Positions 1-10,758 are shown, counted from the stretch's first letter. The stretch: 56,557 nucleotides of DNA from Candidatus Thorarchaeota archaeon SMTZ1-45 (GCA_001563335.1 LRSL01000029.1:1-56557); one strand, 5' to 3'. The notes: generated from the sequence alone by a model not told the origin. Program-made: numbers and translations.

Positions 1-1777
1 ACCAGAAACTGATCCTCTTGGTACAGAGAATGTGCTTGTAGTAGGAACTGGCCCACTTACTGGATCTCTGTTCTCACCCTCGGGACGGATGATGTTCGCC
101 GCGAAAGGTCCACTCACTGGAGTGTGGGCGGAGAGTCACGTTGGTGGATTCCTGGGTGCAGAAATCAAATATTCAGGGTTCGATTTTGTGATCTTTAATG
201 GACGTTCAGAGAAACCGGTTTATCTATCACTTCGAGATGGTACTGCTGAGCTTCTTGTTGCATCTCACCTTTGGGGCAAAGAAACCAATGTGACGACCCA
301 GATGATACGAGAGGACCATAAGGACCCTACCTTGAAGACTGGGGTCATAGGTCCTGCTGGTGAGAATGGAGTACTGTACGGTTCTATCATCGTAGACTTT
401 TATCGCGCTGCTGGAAGAGCTGGACTGGGAACAGTTCTAGGGTCCAAGAATGTCAAGGGGATTGCAGCAAGTGGAGCACAGGGTCTGGAGGTCCATGATA
501 TGGACAAGTACCTTGAGGCCAATGACATTGAGATGAAGAGGATAAAAGATCCCATCTGGGCTGAGTCCCTTTCATCATTAAGAAAGTATGGTACTACTGA
601 CCTTGTAGCGATAATCAACGAGATTGGTCGATTACCAACAAAGAATCACTGGACTGGATTCTATGAAAATGCTGATGACATTGGTCCAGAGATCATTGCT
701 GAGAAGTACAGAATAGCACAGGAAGCCTGTCATGGATGTGCGGTTGGTTGCAAGTACATCATTCGTGTCAATGAGGGTAAGTACTCGACAGGACCTATAG
801 GTGGTCCAGAGTATGAAACAATCATGGCCTTCGGTTCGAATTGCCTCAATAACGATATTGAGTCCGTATTTTATCTGGGCAAGAGATGCGACCTACTTGG
901 TATGGATACTATAAGCTGTGGCAAGACTATCAGCTTTGCTATGGACCTCTTTGAGCACGGGCTTATCACAGCCAATTATGCAGATGGTCTAGACTTAGGC
1001 TGGGGTAATGCAGAATCACAGGCTGTGCTTGTGGAGAAAATTGCTAAACGTGAAGGATTCGGAGACCTTCTTTCCAAAGGTGTGAGAAAAGCCGCTGAGC
1101 TGATTGGAGGAGAGGCCTGGAGGTATGCTGTGCATGTCAAGGGACTCGAAGCTTCTGGGCAAGACCCGAGAGCTCATCAGAGCATAGGATTGACCTATGC
1201 TACCAATGTCAGGGGAGCAGATCATCTAAGAAGCCTCTCAAGCTTGGAAGAACTAGGTTATCCAGATATTGTCATTGAACGGTTTGGGAAGGAAAAGGCT
1301 GATGCAATTCTGGACATCATGTCCCCAGAGCATAAAGGAGAGTTAGTCTGGGACATGGAAGATCTCTATGCAATTGTGGATTCCGCAGTAATCTGTAAAT
1401 ATGGAACCATGTGGCCGCCAGTATATTATTTCGATACGTTCGTGAATGTGATTCCTCCATTGACCGGGATGACAGAGTGGGCAGACCCAAAGTTTGTCAG
1501 GAGAACTGCAGAGAGAATCAGTCATCTGAGGAGGGCTTTTAATCATAGACTCGGTGTGACTAGGAAAGAGGAAACATTGCCTCCACGATTACTGCAAGAA
1601 CCAATGCCAACAGGCCCCTCAAAGGGCGGACTTCCAGACCTTGATTTTATGCTGGACGACTACTACAAGTTTAGGGGTTGTGACCGTGAAACAGGGTATC
1701 CAAAGGAGTCGAAGCTGAAGGAGTTGGACCTTGACTTCGTAATTCAAGACCTCAAGCCTCGTGGAATGACAAGATAG
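1..1777 (+). CDS. Aldehyde:ferredoxin oxidoreductase (W-pterin AOR family), 5'-truncated by the window edge
   Basis: Frame is open from base 2 (PETDPLGTEN). AOR motifs present: GRAGLGTVLGSKNVK, CHGCAVGC, GPEYET, GMDTIS, RGADHL, LDDYYKFRG. Confidence 0.93.
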   Translation, partial: PETDPLGTENVLVVGTGPLTGSLFSPSGRMMFAAKGPLTGVWAESHVGGFLGAEIKYSGFDFVIFNGRSEKPVYLSLRDGTAELLVASHLWGKETNVTTQMIREDHKDPTLKTGVIGPAGENGVLYGSIIVDFYRAAGRAGLGTVLGSKNVKGIAASGAQGLEVHDMDKYLEANDIEMKRIKDPIWAESLSSLRKYGTTDLVAIINEIGRLPTKNHWTGFYENADDIGPEIIAEKYRIAQEACHGCAVGCKYIIRVNEGKYSTGPIGGPEYETIMAFGSNCLNNDIESVFYLGKRCDLLGMDTISCGKTISFAMDLFEHGLITANYADGLDLGWGNAESQAVLVEKIAKREGFGDLLSKGVRKAAELIGGEAWRYAVHVKGLEASGQDPRAHQSIGLTYATNVRGADHLRSLSSLEELGYPDIVIERFGKEKADAILDIMSPEHKGELVWDMEDLYAIVDSAVICKYGTMWPPVYYFDTFVNVIPPLTGMTEWADPKFVRRTAERISHLRRAFNHRLGVTRKEETLPPRLLQEPMPTGPSKGGLPDLDFMLDDYYKFRGCDRETGYPKESKLKELDLDFVIQDLKPRGMTR

Positions 1778-1883
1778 TTGTATATTGAAAGCATCGACGT
1801 GCGTATCCTTAAGTGAGATATCAAAATCAAATGTTGTACCAGAAAGCAGGTATTTTTTCCATGATAGAAGGCGAGGAGAAATT

Positions 1884-3701
1884 ATGACTGGAAGGAATAC
1901 GATAGGGCAACAAGTTGGGCTTTACATGCTAGGAGCCATCATTGGCGTTATTTCAGGTATAACCTCAGTCATGTTCAAGCTGCTCATTCTCAACATGAGT
2001 AGGGTTTTCGTCATAATCCCACAGGTCATGGGTGTATTTGGATGGATTTTACTTCCAAGCCTTGGAGGTTTGCTGGTTGCCATTATTGTTACAAGATATG
2101 CACCAGAAGCGAAGGGTCATGGAGTCCCTGAAGCAATGGAAGCATATTCCCTACGTGGAGGAAACATTCGTTTTCGGGTTCCCCTTCTAAAGAGCATAGG
2201 CTCTGCTATCAGTATAAGCACTGGTGGCTCTTGTGGTCGTGAGGGACCAATTGCTCAGATTGGAGCAGGAGTCGGATCAGTGGTTGCAACTGTCCTAAAC
2301 CTTGACAAGAGAGCAAAGAAGACCCTTCTTGTTTGCGGTCTCTCGTCAGGAATTGCAGCCACCTTCAATGCTCCCTTAGGAGGCACTCTTTTTGGATTAG
2401 AGGTTCTTGCAGGAGGTGTCATCGGATATTCAATACTACCTGTAATTCTGGCATCTGTCGTAGCTACAGCAATTTCTTCGTCACTGCTTGGATCAGCGGC
2501 TTCATTCCAAGCGCCTTTGTTTGGTATAGGGCATCCGCTTGAACTCATATTCTATCTTGGTCTAGGAGCAATTCTTGGAGTCGCAAGTGTTGTTTGGATG
2601 AGGGGCTTCTATTCAATAGAGGACCTGTTTGAAAAACTCCGCACCTCCAAATATCTTCTCCCTGCGCTTGGAGGACTACTTACTGGACTATTAGGAATAG
2701 GGACAATATATCTCGAGTCGGTTTTCTCGTACTCGGGAGCATTCTTAGCAGACCAGCCCTATTACCCGGCAATAATGGGAGTAGAATATGCTTTTGTTGA
2801 TGCAGTACTGGTTGGTAATGTAGCAATTGGGGCTCTGTTCTTCTTCGGTCTGCTGAAGATTCTTGCTACCAGTTTCACTTTAGGATCAGGGGGGTCTGGT
2901 GGTGTCTTTGCACCAACCTTGTTCATTGGTGCTGGATTTGGCGGCGCTTTTGGTTTATCATGTTCAACGATTCTACCAGGGAGTGTTTTACAACCAATGG
3001 CCTTTGCGTTGGTTGGCATGGCTGCACTCTTTGCTGGAACCGGGCGAGCTCCAATCACATGCATTGTTATGATAATGGAGATGACTGCAGATTATTCTTT
3101 GATACTCCCACTAATGCTTGCAGTACCCACTTCGTATCTGATTTCTTCACTTATAGAGCCTGAGAGCATCTATACAATGAAATTGGTTAGGAGAGGAGTG
3201 TATCTAAAAACCGGGGCGCACATCGATGTCCTCCGAACAATTAGAGTTGACGAGATAATGACAATTGATCCCACAGTGCTGACAACTGAGATGACCGTTT
3301 CCGATGTCTATGCTGTGATTGATCGAACACAACACACAAAGTTTCCTGTAGTCGATAATGAGAACATTGTACTTGGTATCCTAATCGCAGAGGATTTGTT
3401 CAGGAAACCAGAGGATGAAGGACAGGAATATCGTGTGAGAGACCTCATGAATCCCAATTTCCTGCATCTCGCTCCTGAATCTACAGTGGATAGTGCACTA
3501 CAGGCCATGATTAAGCGTGATGAAGGTCATGCTGTAATTGTTAATCCAGAGAAGCCAAAACGCATGATAGGTTACATAACAAAGGCAGATGTACTCAAAG
3601 CACACGAGCTTGCAGTCATAAGGTTACAAAAGGCAGGTGTGGATGTTGAAGATCTTGACATAGAGGATACTGAGGTTAGGATGGCGAAACTAAGAGCCTA
3701 G
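1884..3701 (+). CDS. CLC chloride channel/antiporter with two CBS domains (paralog 1)
   Basis: GHGVP, GREGP, FGLE, GGVFAP and SIY motifs; C-terminal CBS pair. ATG 1884, preceded by GAGGAG, is preferred over TTG 1785. Confidence 0.93.
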   Translation: MTGRNTIGQQVGLYMLGAIIGVISGITSVMFKLLILNMSRVFVIIPQVMGVFGWILLPSLGGLLVAIIVTRYAPEAKGHGVPEAMEAYSLRGGNIRFRVPLLKSIGSAISISTGGSCGREGPIAQIGAGVGSVVATVLNLDKRAKKTLLVCGLSSGIAATFNAPLGGTLFGLEVLAGGVIGYSILPVILASVVATAISSSLLGSAASFQAPLFGIGHPLELIFYLGLGAILGVASVVWMRGFYSIEDLFEKLRTSKYLLPALGGLLTGLLGIGTIYLESVFSYSGAFLADQPYYPAIMGVEYAFVDAVLVGNVAIGALFFFGLLKILATSFTLGSGGSGGVFAPTLFIGAGFGGAFGLSCSTILPGSVLQPMAFALVGMAALFAGTGRAPITCIVMIMEMTADYSLILPLMLAVPTSYLISSLIEPESIYTMKLVRRGVYLKTGAHIDVLRTIRVDEIMTIDPTVLTTEMTVSDVYAVIDRTQHTKFPVVDNENIVLGILIAEDLFRKPEDEGQEYRVRDLMNPNFLHLAPESTVDSALQAMIKRDEGHAVIVNPEKPKRMIGYITKADVLKAHELAVIRLQKAGVDVEDLDIEDTEVRMAKLRA

Positions 3702-3864
3702 TCGAATTGGAGGGGAGTCACGTGAGTGAGTATTTGAATGCATACGAAATGCAAAGATAACCATATGGATGAGAGGTAATGGGAGTACCTTTAAGTGAGG
3801 AGTCATATCCCGACAAAATGCGGACGACATACTCACAGGGCCATACAGAAGGCGACAATCAGCG

Positions 3865-5670
3865 ATGACTCAACGGGAATCAATGAAGAGACAGGTTATT
3901 CTGTATGCATCAGGGGCTCTGATTGGTATAGTCTCGGGCTTTGCGGCAATCATCTTTAGAGTTCTGATTTTAAATTTCAGTCTAGTTTTTCTCCTCTTGC
4001 CACAAGTGATGGGTACACTGGGATGGTTGGTTGCTCCCTTCGTTGGTGGTTTAATTGTTGCATTTATCGTTGTGAAATACGCACCTGAGGCAAAAGGACA
4101 TGGAGTACCAGAAGTCATAGAGGCTTATGCACTACGTGAGGGTAGGATACGCTTTCGTGTTCCTCTTCTTAAGAGCTTGGCATCAGCAATTTGTATAGGC
4201 TCAGGTGGTTCATGTGGTCGTGAAGGACCGATTGCTCAGATTGGAGCAGGTGCGGGATCAGCTGTCGCAACTGCTCTGAAGTTTGATAAAAGAGAGAGAA
4301 GGACACTTGTGGTATGTGGGCTCTCATCAGGGATTGCTGCTACTTTCAATGCACCTTTGGGAGGGTCGCTTTTTGGAATTGAAGTCCTAGCAGGAGGAAT
4401 AATAGGATTCTCAATACTCCCGGTGATTCTAGCGTCCGTTGTTGCAACAGCACTTGCTGAACTTGTACTTGGAGGAGCGGTTTCATTTCAAGCGCCTTTC
4501 TTCGTCATGGGGCACCCAATCGAACTTCTGTTCTATCTTGTTCTGGGCATTTTATTTGGAGTAACAAGTGTCATCTGGATGAGAGGGTTCTACACAATCG
4601 AGGACGTGCTTGAAAAACTACGTGTTTCAAAATATCTCCTTCCAGCAATTGGGGGTTTACTTGTAGGGGTTCTTGCTATAGGAACTATATACCTTGAAAG
4701 CGTGTTTGCATACTCTGGGGAATTCTCAGCAACTAGACCATACTACCCTGCAATAATGGGAGTAGGCTATGCTTTCATTGATGCAACTCTTTTAGGAGGC
4801 GTGGCATTAGGAGCTCTTTTCATATTTGGCGTTTTCAAACTTCTTGCTACTGGCCTCACGCTAGGCTCTGGGGGGTCTGGTGGTGTGTTTGCACCAACCC
4901 TGTTCGTGGGAGCTGCTTTTGGTGGAGCCTTTGGATTATTCTTCTCAGTGATTACTCCATGGGCCGTTACACAACCCATGGCTTTTGCATTGGTTGGTAT
5001 GGCTGCATTATTTGCTGGAGCTGGACGTGCGCCTATAACATGCATAGTTATGTTGATGGAAATGACCGGGGATTATTCTCTGATTCTCCCCCTGATGATT
5101 GCAGTTTCAGCATCATATCTGGTGTCTTCGTTGATGGAACCTGAGAGCATTTACACTCTCAAACTATCAAGAAGGGGTGTGAAGCTACAGAGAGGCACTC
5201 ATATTGAGGTTCTTAGGACAATTCATGTTGGTGCTGTAATGACAAAAGATCCAACAACGTTGCATCCAACAATGACCACATCCCAAGTTTTTGAAATCAT
5301 TGACAAGACTCATCACACAAAATTTCCAGTCGTGGATGATTTTGGTAATATCATTGGAATAATGATTGCTGAGGATTTATTCCAAATGCCAAAAGAAAAT
5401 GGAAAAGAATACCAAGTTAGAGAGCTTATGAACCCGGAGTTTCTACATCTTGCACCAGAGTGTACAATGGATAGTGCACTTCAAGCAATGATAAAACGCG
5501 ATGAGGGGCATGCAGTCATTGTCAGTCCATCTGCGCCTACGAAAATGATTGGATACATTACAAAGGCTGATGTTCTCAAAGCATACGAGATAGCAATTAT
5601 CAATCTCCAAAAAATGGGAACTGATGTGGAGGACATAAATCCTGCAGACATTATTGATGTTGCAGACTGA
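3865..5670 (+). CDS. CLC chloride channel/antiporter with two CBS domains (paralog 2)
   Basis: Same motifs as the upstream CLC and colinear with it over its whole length, indicating tandem duplication. Confidence 0.93.
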   Translation: MTQRESMKRQVILYASGALIGIVSGFAAIIFRVLILNFSLVFLLLPQVMGTLGWLVAPFVGGLIVAFIVVKYAPEAKGHGVPEVIEAYALREGRIRFRVPLLKSLASAICIGSGGSCGREGPIAQIGAGAGSAVATALKFDKRERRTLVVCGLSSGIAATFNAPLGGSLFGIEVLAGGIIGFSILPVILASVVATALAELVLGGAVSFQAPFFVMGHPIELLFYLVLGILFGVTSVIWMRGFYTIEDVLEKLRVSKYLLPAIGGLLVGVLAIGTIYLESVFAYSGEFSATRPYYPAIMGVGYAFIDATLLGGVALGALFIFGVFKLLATGLTLGSGGSGGVFAPTLFVGAAFGGAFGLFFSVITPWAVTQPMAFALVGMAALFAGAGRAPITCIVMLMEMTGDYSLILPLMIAVSASYLVSSLMEPESIYTLKLSRRGVKLQRGTHIEVLRTIHVGAVMTKDPTTLHPTMTTSQVFEIIDKTHHTKFPVVDDFGNIIGIMIAEDLFQMPKENGKEYQVRELMNPEFLHLAPECTMDSALQAMIKRDEGHAVIVSPSAPTKMIGYITKADVLKAYEIAIINLQKMGTDVEDINPADIIDVAD

Positions 5671-5724
5671 TAACAATCAGTGAATAGTCGAACAGTTTAT
5701 GTTAGTGGTATCAAAGAGCATGAT

Positions 5725-6819
5725 ATGGCTAATATCAATACTGAGTTTGCAGGTTTGAAACTCAAGAATCCGGTTATGACAGCTGCAGGTCCTACCTCCA
5801 GGGATGGGATTACCTTGTTAAACGCGGCGGTAGGTGGTGTTGGAGGACTTGTCGCGAAAACTGTCAGTGTAAAACCTGCGGACGTTCCACGACCGAATAT
5901 GGCTGCTTTAAAAGAGGGCAGAGTAGGGTCACGAAGGGGTATTCTGAATGCTGAGCTCTGGAGTGAACTTCCAGTTGAGCGATGGCTTCAGAAAGAGTAT
6001 GCAATTGCGCTCAGTTCTGGTCTACCATTAATCGCCAGCGTTGGATATACCCCAGAAGAGGTTTCTAAGCTTGGACCAAAACTTGAGAAAGCAGGAGTGC
6101 ACGCTATTGAGTTCAGCACTCATTATGTTGAAGGTCATGCCGAAATTGCCAAAGCATTGAAGGAAGTAGTAGAAATACCAATCTTCGCAAAACTCAGTCC
6201 AAAGGTTGATGTTGCTGATGTGGCAAAATCGCTCGAGCCTCATGTCGATGGTATTGTTGGCATAAATACCTACGGTCCTTGTCTAAGAATAGATATCGAA
6301 ACAGGGAAACCAATGCTTGGAAGTGATGAGGGTTTTGGGTGGATGAGCGGAGTGGCTCTGAAACCAATTGCTGTAAGATGCATTGCAGATATTGCAAGAG
6401 CTGTGAAGGTTCCAGTCATTGGTGTTGGAGGTGTTGCATCAGGAAAGGATGTGATCGAATTCTCTATGGTTGGTGCTTCTGCAGTTGAGGTCTGTACAGC
6501 AGCAATCCTAGAAGGGAACACAGTATATGGAAAGATAGCTGATGAAACAGCGGAATGGCTAAAGGATCATGGATATGACTCGCTTGAAGATGTAAGAGGA
6601 AAGGCTCTTCGTCATATGGATGGAAGTGCCATCCTAACGCCACCACCATCAGTTGATTTGGAAAAATGTACTCTGTGCGGTCTTTGTCCCAAGTCATGTG
6701 TATATGATGCAATCACCGTGGACAAAAAGAACGAGCTGTTTGAGATTGACAAAGACCTCTGTCAAGCCTGTGGAATGTGCATCTCTGTCTGCCCGTATCA
6801 TGCCCTATATGCAGACTAG
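5725..6819 (+). CDS. Dihydroorotate/dihydropyrimidine dehydrogenase (PreA-like) FMN barrel with C-terminal 2x[4Fe-4S] domain
   Basis: GLKLKNPVMTAAGP, KTVS, AKLSP, INT, MSGVALKP and IGVGGV motifs; two CxxCxxCxxxC motifs. ATG 5725 is the likely start. Confidence 0.85.
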   Translation: MANINTEFAGLKLKNPVMTAAGPTSRDGITLLNAAVGGVGGLVAKTVSVKPADVPRPNMAALKEGRVGSRRGILNAELWSELPVERWLQKEYAIALSSGLPLIASVGYTPEEVSKLGPKLEKAGVHAIEFSTHYVEGHAEIAKALKEVVEIPIFAKLSPKVDVADVAKSLEPHVDGIVGINTYGPCLRIDIETGKPMLGSDEGFGWMSGVALKPIAVRCIADIARAVKVPVIGVGGVASGKDVIEFSMVGASAVEVCTAAILEGNTVYGKIADETAEWLKDHGYDSLEDVRGKALRHMDGSAILTPPPSVDLEKCTLCGLCPKSCVYDAITVDKKNELFEIDKDLCQACGMCISVCPYHALYAD

Positions 6820-8000
6820 ATCAAGATTATTGATTCAAGGTTTCTTGTCAGGAGTTCGGCTTTACCCTTGGTCACAAGGTAATCATTCTCAATCCTGACC
6901 CCACCAATATCCTTTAGGTAAACTCCGGGCTCCATTGTTACAACATGACCTGCAGCAAAATGGGCTTCATAATTATACAGGTCTGGTTGTTCGTGTACCT
7001 CTAATCCAATACCATGACCAAGACCATGAGTCATTCCATCCTTCGCTTCCGGATTTAATCTTCTAGAGTCAAACCCATGGTGTTTCAATTCATTGAAACA
7101 TGCGAGGTTCACATCATCAATCTTAGCATCATGAGTGAGGACATCCACAGCGGCATCAGCTCCAGCTTGTACACCCTCATACATCTCTTTCACTCTCTTA
7201 GGCAGTGGACCTCTTACTATTGTGCGTGTCACATCAGCCAGATAGCGTTCCTGCTTGAGGCGGGGGAAGACATCAAGGATTATTGGTGATTCTGCCTTTA
7301 GCTCATCCTCGGGATTGCCAAGATAGTGCCAGTCAAACGCTTTCTCACCGACAGCAAGAATCGTGTCCTCTGAACATTCTGCATTCCTATCCAACAGGAA
7401 ATGCTCTAGGGCAAGCTTCACTTTCCCCACAGTAAGTGGTACACCTTGATGCATCAGTGTCTTGTTTGCGCCAATATCTGAGTCCTTAATCAGCTCTACC
7501 ACCTTGAGGATTGCACCTACGGTTGCATCTCCAGCTCTCCTGATTTTCCTGACTTCATCAGGGGACTTCGTGGCTCTCGCATCAGGAACTAGGTTACGAA
7601 CTACCTTGACATCATATCCCAACCTCTGAAGAATAACTAGCACACTTGCAGGGATATCATCAGGAACCCCAAGTGTCTTCCCAGCGAACTCATCACGAAG
7701 CATTGGACCGATGAGCGCATCTCTGTTTTCTATGACTTGCTTGTTCTCTTTGTAGAGTTGAATAACGAACTCACTAATATCGTAGGTTCTCTTCAAAAAA
7801 CTCTCTTTCTTGACTCGATCAAGGGTGTTGAAGTGAGCCCCAATTACACCTTGCTCACCCTTGTTCCTAAGATAATAGATTCTGTCACTGGAGCGGAATC
7901 CAGTGAGCCATAGAAGATTTGGAGAATCAAACGGACTGCCATATGCGAACAGTCCATCTATTCCATACCTTACCATGAGATCATCCATGTCGTCAAGCAA
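6816..8000 (-). CDS. Xaa-Pro aminopeptidase/prolidase (M24B)
   Basis: ADVTRT, HGLGHGIGLEVHE, MEPGVY and GGVRIEND metal-site motifs. Confidence 0.92.
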   Translation of the reverse strand: MLDDMDDLMVRYGIDGLFAYGSPFDSPNLLWLTGFRSSDRIYYLRNKGEQGVIGAHFNTLDRVKKESFLKRTYDISEFVIQLYKENKQVIENRDALIGPMLRDEFAGKTLGVPDDIPASVLVILQRLGYDVKVVRNLVPDARATKSPDEVRKIRRAGDATVGAILKVVELIKDSDIGANKTLMHQGVPLTVGKVKLALEHFLLDRNAECSEDTILAVGEKAFDWHYLGNPEDELKAESPIILDVFPRLKQERYLADVTRTIVRGPLPKRVKEMYEGVQAGADAAVDVLTHDAKIDDVNLACFNELKHHGFDSRRLNPEAKDGMTHGLGHGIGLEVHEQPDLYNYEAHFAAGHVVTMEPGVYLKDIGGVRIENDYLVTKGKAELLTRNLESIILI

Positions 8001-8055
8001 ATTGGTTCCCCTGTAGTTAAAGTTCCACAGTCGAACAGATGAAAAACACTTCCAT

Positions 8056-8952
8056 TCATGCTTGAAGATACGGTCGCATCCTAGACTCTACCATCACTCT
8101 GTCAGGCATATCATACGGGCCCATTGTTTCCACATTGAACGAGGAGCAGGTAGCTGCAAAGAAACCCGCTCGCAGTACATTGACAGACCTCATATATTCA
8201 AGTAAGAAGCCAATTACATAGGTATCTCCACACCCTGTTGAGTCTACCTGTGCATCTGCGAGTATAAGAGGAATATCCACATGTCTGTTGTGAGTATAGA
8301 TTGTGGATCCTCTATAGTCACGTGTGACTATCACAATTCTAGGACCAATATCAAGAATGTGAGATACAATTGATATCTCAGACTGATCTGCACTTATGGA
8401 CTTCAACTCTGAGTCATGGAGCTTGACTACATCGACTAAACCAAAGATCTGATCACTCTCAGTCCAGCTCTGAAGAGATACAATTCCTTCATCAGATATG
8501 CTTCTCAAGTAACCCTGTACATCTAGTGAGACTAGAGCTCCTGATTCACTTACGATATCAAAGCAGGTCTTATCAATTTCATCATTTGATAAGGGTGAGA
8601 AATGAATAATGTCTGCTTCAAGATGCGCATCAGAAAAATCGGATGGTTTGATTTTTGGAGCAAGCGCTTCAACCCTTTGAGAACGTTCTCCATCTACATC
8701 ATATTCATTGACAAAACGGGTGGAGTGGTGGCCTTCATAGTGAAGCCCTGTCAGATTGAGACCTGATGAGATCAAGTCAATTTTGTAGTTTAGTTCAAAA
8801 TCTAGTCCAACCTTGGAAACAATGCCAGCACCAAAAGCTCCGATTTTGGGAGCCAACATTGCATATGCTGGAGCTCCACCAAGCATCTCTTTTCTGGTCT
8901 CAGGAGTCACTATTAAGTCCCTACTGAGATGTCCGACTACTACAATATCCAT
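8056..8952 (-). CDS. PfkB-family carbohydrate/nucleoside kinase
   Basis: N-terminal GGAPAY motif and the C-terminal DSTGCGD signature. Confidence 0.88.
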   Translation of the reverse strand: MDIVVVGHLSRDLIVTPETRKEMLGGAPAYAMLAPKIGAFGAGIVSKVGLDFELNYKIDLISSGLNLTGLHYEGHHSTRFVNEYDVDGERSQRVEALAPKIKPSDFSDAHLEADIIHFSPLSNDEIDKTCFDIVSESGALVSLDVQGYLRSISDEGIVSLQSWTESDQIFGLVDVVKLHDSELKSISADQSEISIVSHILDIGPRIVIVTRDYRGSTIYTHNRHVDIPLILADAQVDSTGCGDTYVIGFLLEYMRSVNVLRAGFFAATCSSFNVETMGPYDMPDRVMVESRMRPYLQA

Positions 8953-9020
8953 TCTTATTACGAGAGCATAGTCTGTGAATGAGTCCTATAACTTCTACGC
9001 TTAGAAGAGGGCAGAAGGCA

Positions 9021-9034
9021 ACGGTTTTAATCTC
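9021..9034 (+). promoter_or_regulatory. Putative BRE/TATA for the moaD-amidohydrolase-ferredoxin-AOR operon
   Basis: ACGGTTTTAATCTC about 35-45 nt upstream of the TTG start. Similar AACGTTT(TT)AA boxes occur at about 28875 and 53235. Confidence 0.45.
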
Positions 9035-9066
9035 TTATACCTTTTCGAAATACTAGGTGAAGTGTT

Positions 9067-9348
9067 TTGGCTCAGGTCTTGGTGAAGTTCTTTGCGACTG
9101 TCAGGGAAATTACAGGAGTCAAGAGTGTTGAACTTGAGGCAGAGAACATCAAAGAACTGCTTCAGTTACTTGTACAGACCTATGGTAGCAAGTTCAAAGA
9201 TACAGTTCTCAATAATGATACTGGAGAACTCAAGCAGTTCTTCTCGTGCATGGTCAATGGTAAGCGTATCGAGCTGCTCAGTGGATATGAAACAATTTTG
9301 AAAGATAATGATGCTGTAGCTTTATTCCCGCCAGTTGGAGGGGGATGA
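9067..9348 (+). CDS. moaD: MoaD/ThiS/SAMP ubiquitin-like sulfur carrier
   Basis: VKFFATVRE N-terminus, C-terminal FPPVGGG, GGTGA RBS, and location among AOR genes. Confidence 0.9.
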   Translation: MAQVLVKFFATVREITGVKSVELEAENIKELLQLLVQTYGSKFKDTVLNNDTGELKQFFSCMVNGKRIELLSGYETILKDNDAVALFPPVGGG

Positions 9349-10755
9349 ATGAGCAGCACCCTAACGTCAACCTTTAGAAAACAAACGAGAGGGTCAGTAG
9401 ATCTTGTAGTGAAAAACGCCAAACTTCTTCTTGAGTCCGGAATTGCTCGAGGAGGAATAGGAGTCATTGATGGGATAATTGTTGTAATTGCAGGTGATGA
9501 ACACCTCCCAGAAGCAGCTACTGTTATTGACGCAGATGGCAAGATCTTGATGCCCGGACTGATTGATGTTCATGCACACATCCATGATCCAACAATGATG
9601 GAACATGAAACCTTTACCACTGGCTCAAAAGCTGCAGTTGCAGGGGGTATCACTACCTTTGTTGATATGCCTCTTACAAATCAGGTTGACACAAGCAAGG
9701 CAGTGGAGGAAAAAATTGCTCAAGGAGAAGAAATGAGTATTGCGGATTTCACCTTTTATGCAGGGATGATGAACTCAGATAATATTGTGGCAATCCCTGC
9801 TCTTATTGAAAAAGGAATAGCTGCTTTCAAGGCTTTTACCTGTATGCCCTATCAGACAAGCAGCGGGGTCATTGTGAAGTGTCTGAGTGCAATGTCTGAA
9901 TACGGAGGTCATCTCACAGTTCATGCAGAGGACCAAGGCATATTGAATGAGTTTAGCAGAGAGATGGATGATGAATGGGATGCTCCAATCAGTCATTCTC
10001 TTGCAAGACCGAATATTGCAGAACAATTAGCAATACAAAAGTGTATCAATATCGCTGAGCAGACTGGAGGACATCTCCATATAGCTCACGTCACAACCAG
10101 GGAAGGCGTTCATGAGGTTGAGAAGGGCAGACTAAGGGGAGTCATGGTGACTACTGAGGTTTGTCCGCATCATCTTGTTTTCTATAGAGATGAAATGAAT
10201 CGTCTAGGTACAAAGAGTAAGATGAATCCACCTCTCAGGTCTAAACAGGATAGAGCAGCACTCTGGTCAGCGTTACTTCGTGGAAATATAGATGCTGTTG
10301 CTAGTGATCATGCTCCTTGTCCAATTGAAAAGAAAGATGCAGGTTCGGAGGATATCCGGAACGCGTGGTCTGGAGTTGATGGGATACAGATGATTCTTAG
10401 GGTCCTCTTATCGGAGGGAATCAATAAAGCAAGAATGACTTATTCTAGACTCTTGAGGGTATGTTCTCGAAATCCTGCAAGAATATTTGGACTCTACCCC
10501 AAGAAAGGAGTTCTTCGAATTGGGGCAGATGCAGACTTTGTGATAGTTGACCAGAATAGAGAAGAGAAGATCTCAAATGATATGATGGAGTCGAAATGCG
10601 GGTGGACACTCTATGAGGGGATGACTATGATGGGAGTACCAGTCATGACTTTTATCAGGGGTACTCTGGTCTTCAAAGAAGGCAATGTGGTAGCAAAACC
10701 AGGGTATGGAAAGTTCCAAGCTATGGGTAGTGGAAACAGACCGATTGGAGATTGA
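9349..10755 (+). CDS. Cyclic amidohydrolase (dihydroorotase/allantoinase/dihydropyrimidinase family)
   Basis: PGLIDVHAH, GGITT, AFK (carbamylated Lys), HAED, HIAH, KMNPPLR and SDHAP motifs. Confidence 0.9.
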   Translation: MSSTLTSTFRKQTRGSVDLVVKNAKLLLESGIARGGIGVIDGIIVVIAGDEHLPEAATVIDADGKILMPGLIDVHAHIHDPTMMEHETFTTGSKAAVAGGITTFVDMPLTNQVDTSKAVEEKIAQGEEMSIADFTFYAGMMNSDNIVAIPALIEKGIAAFKAFTCMPYQTSSGVIVKCLSAMSEYGGHLTVHAEDQGILNEFSREMDDEWDAPISHSLARPNIAEQLAIQKCINIAEQTGGHLHIAHVTTREGVHEVEKGRLRGVMVTTEVCPHHLVFYRDEMNRLGTKSKMNPPLRSKQDRAALWSALLRGNIDAVASDHAPCPIEKKDAGSEDIRNAWSGVDGIQMILRVLLSEGINKARMTYSRLLRVCSRNPARIFGLYPKKGVLRIGADADFVIVDQNREEKISNDMMESKCGWTLYEGMTMMGVPVMTFIRGTLVFKEGNVVAKPGYGKFQAMGSGNRPIGD

Positions 10756-10758
10756 ACC

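Noticed and set aside
3773-3815. Fluoride-riboswitch-like AGGTAATGGGAGTACCT upstream of the second CLC
   Set aside because: The downstream CTGATGAC pseudoknot half is missing, and the CLCs lack CLC-F motifs (GNNLI/GREGT/GEVTP).
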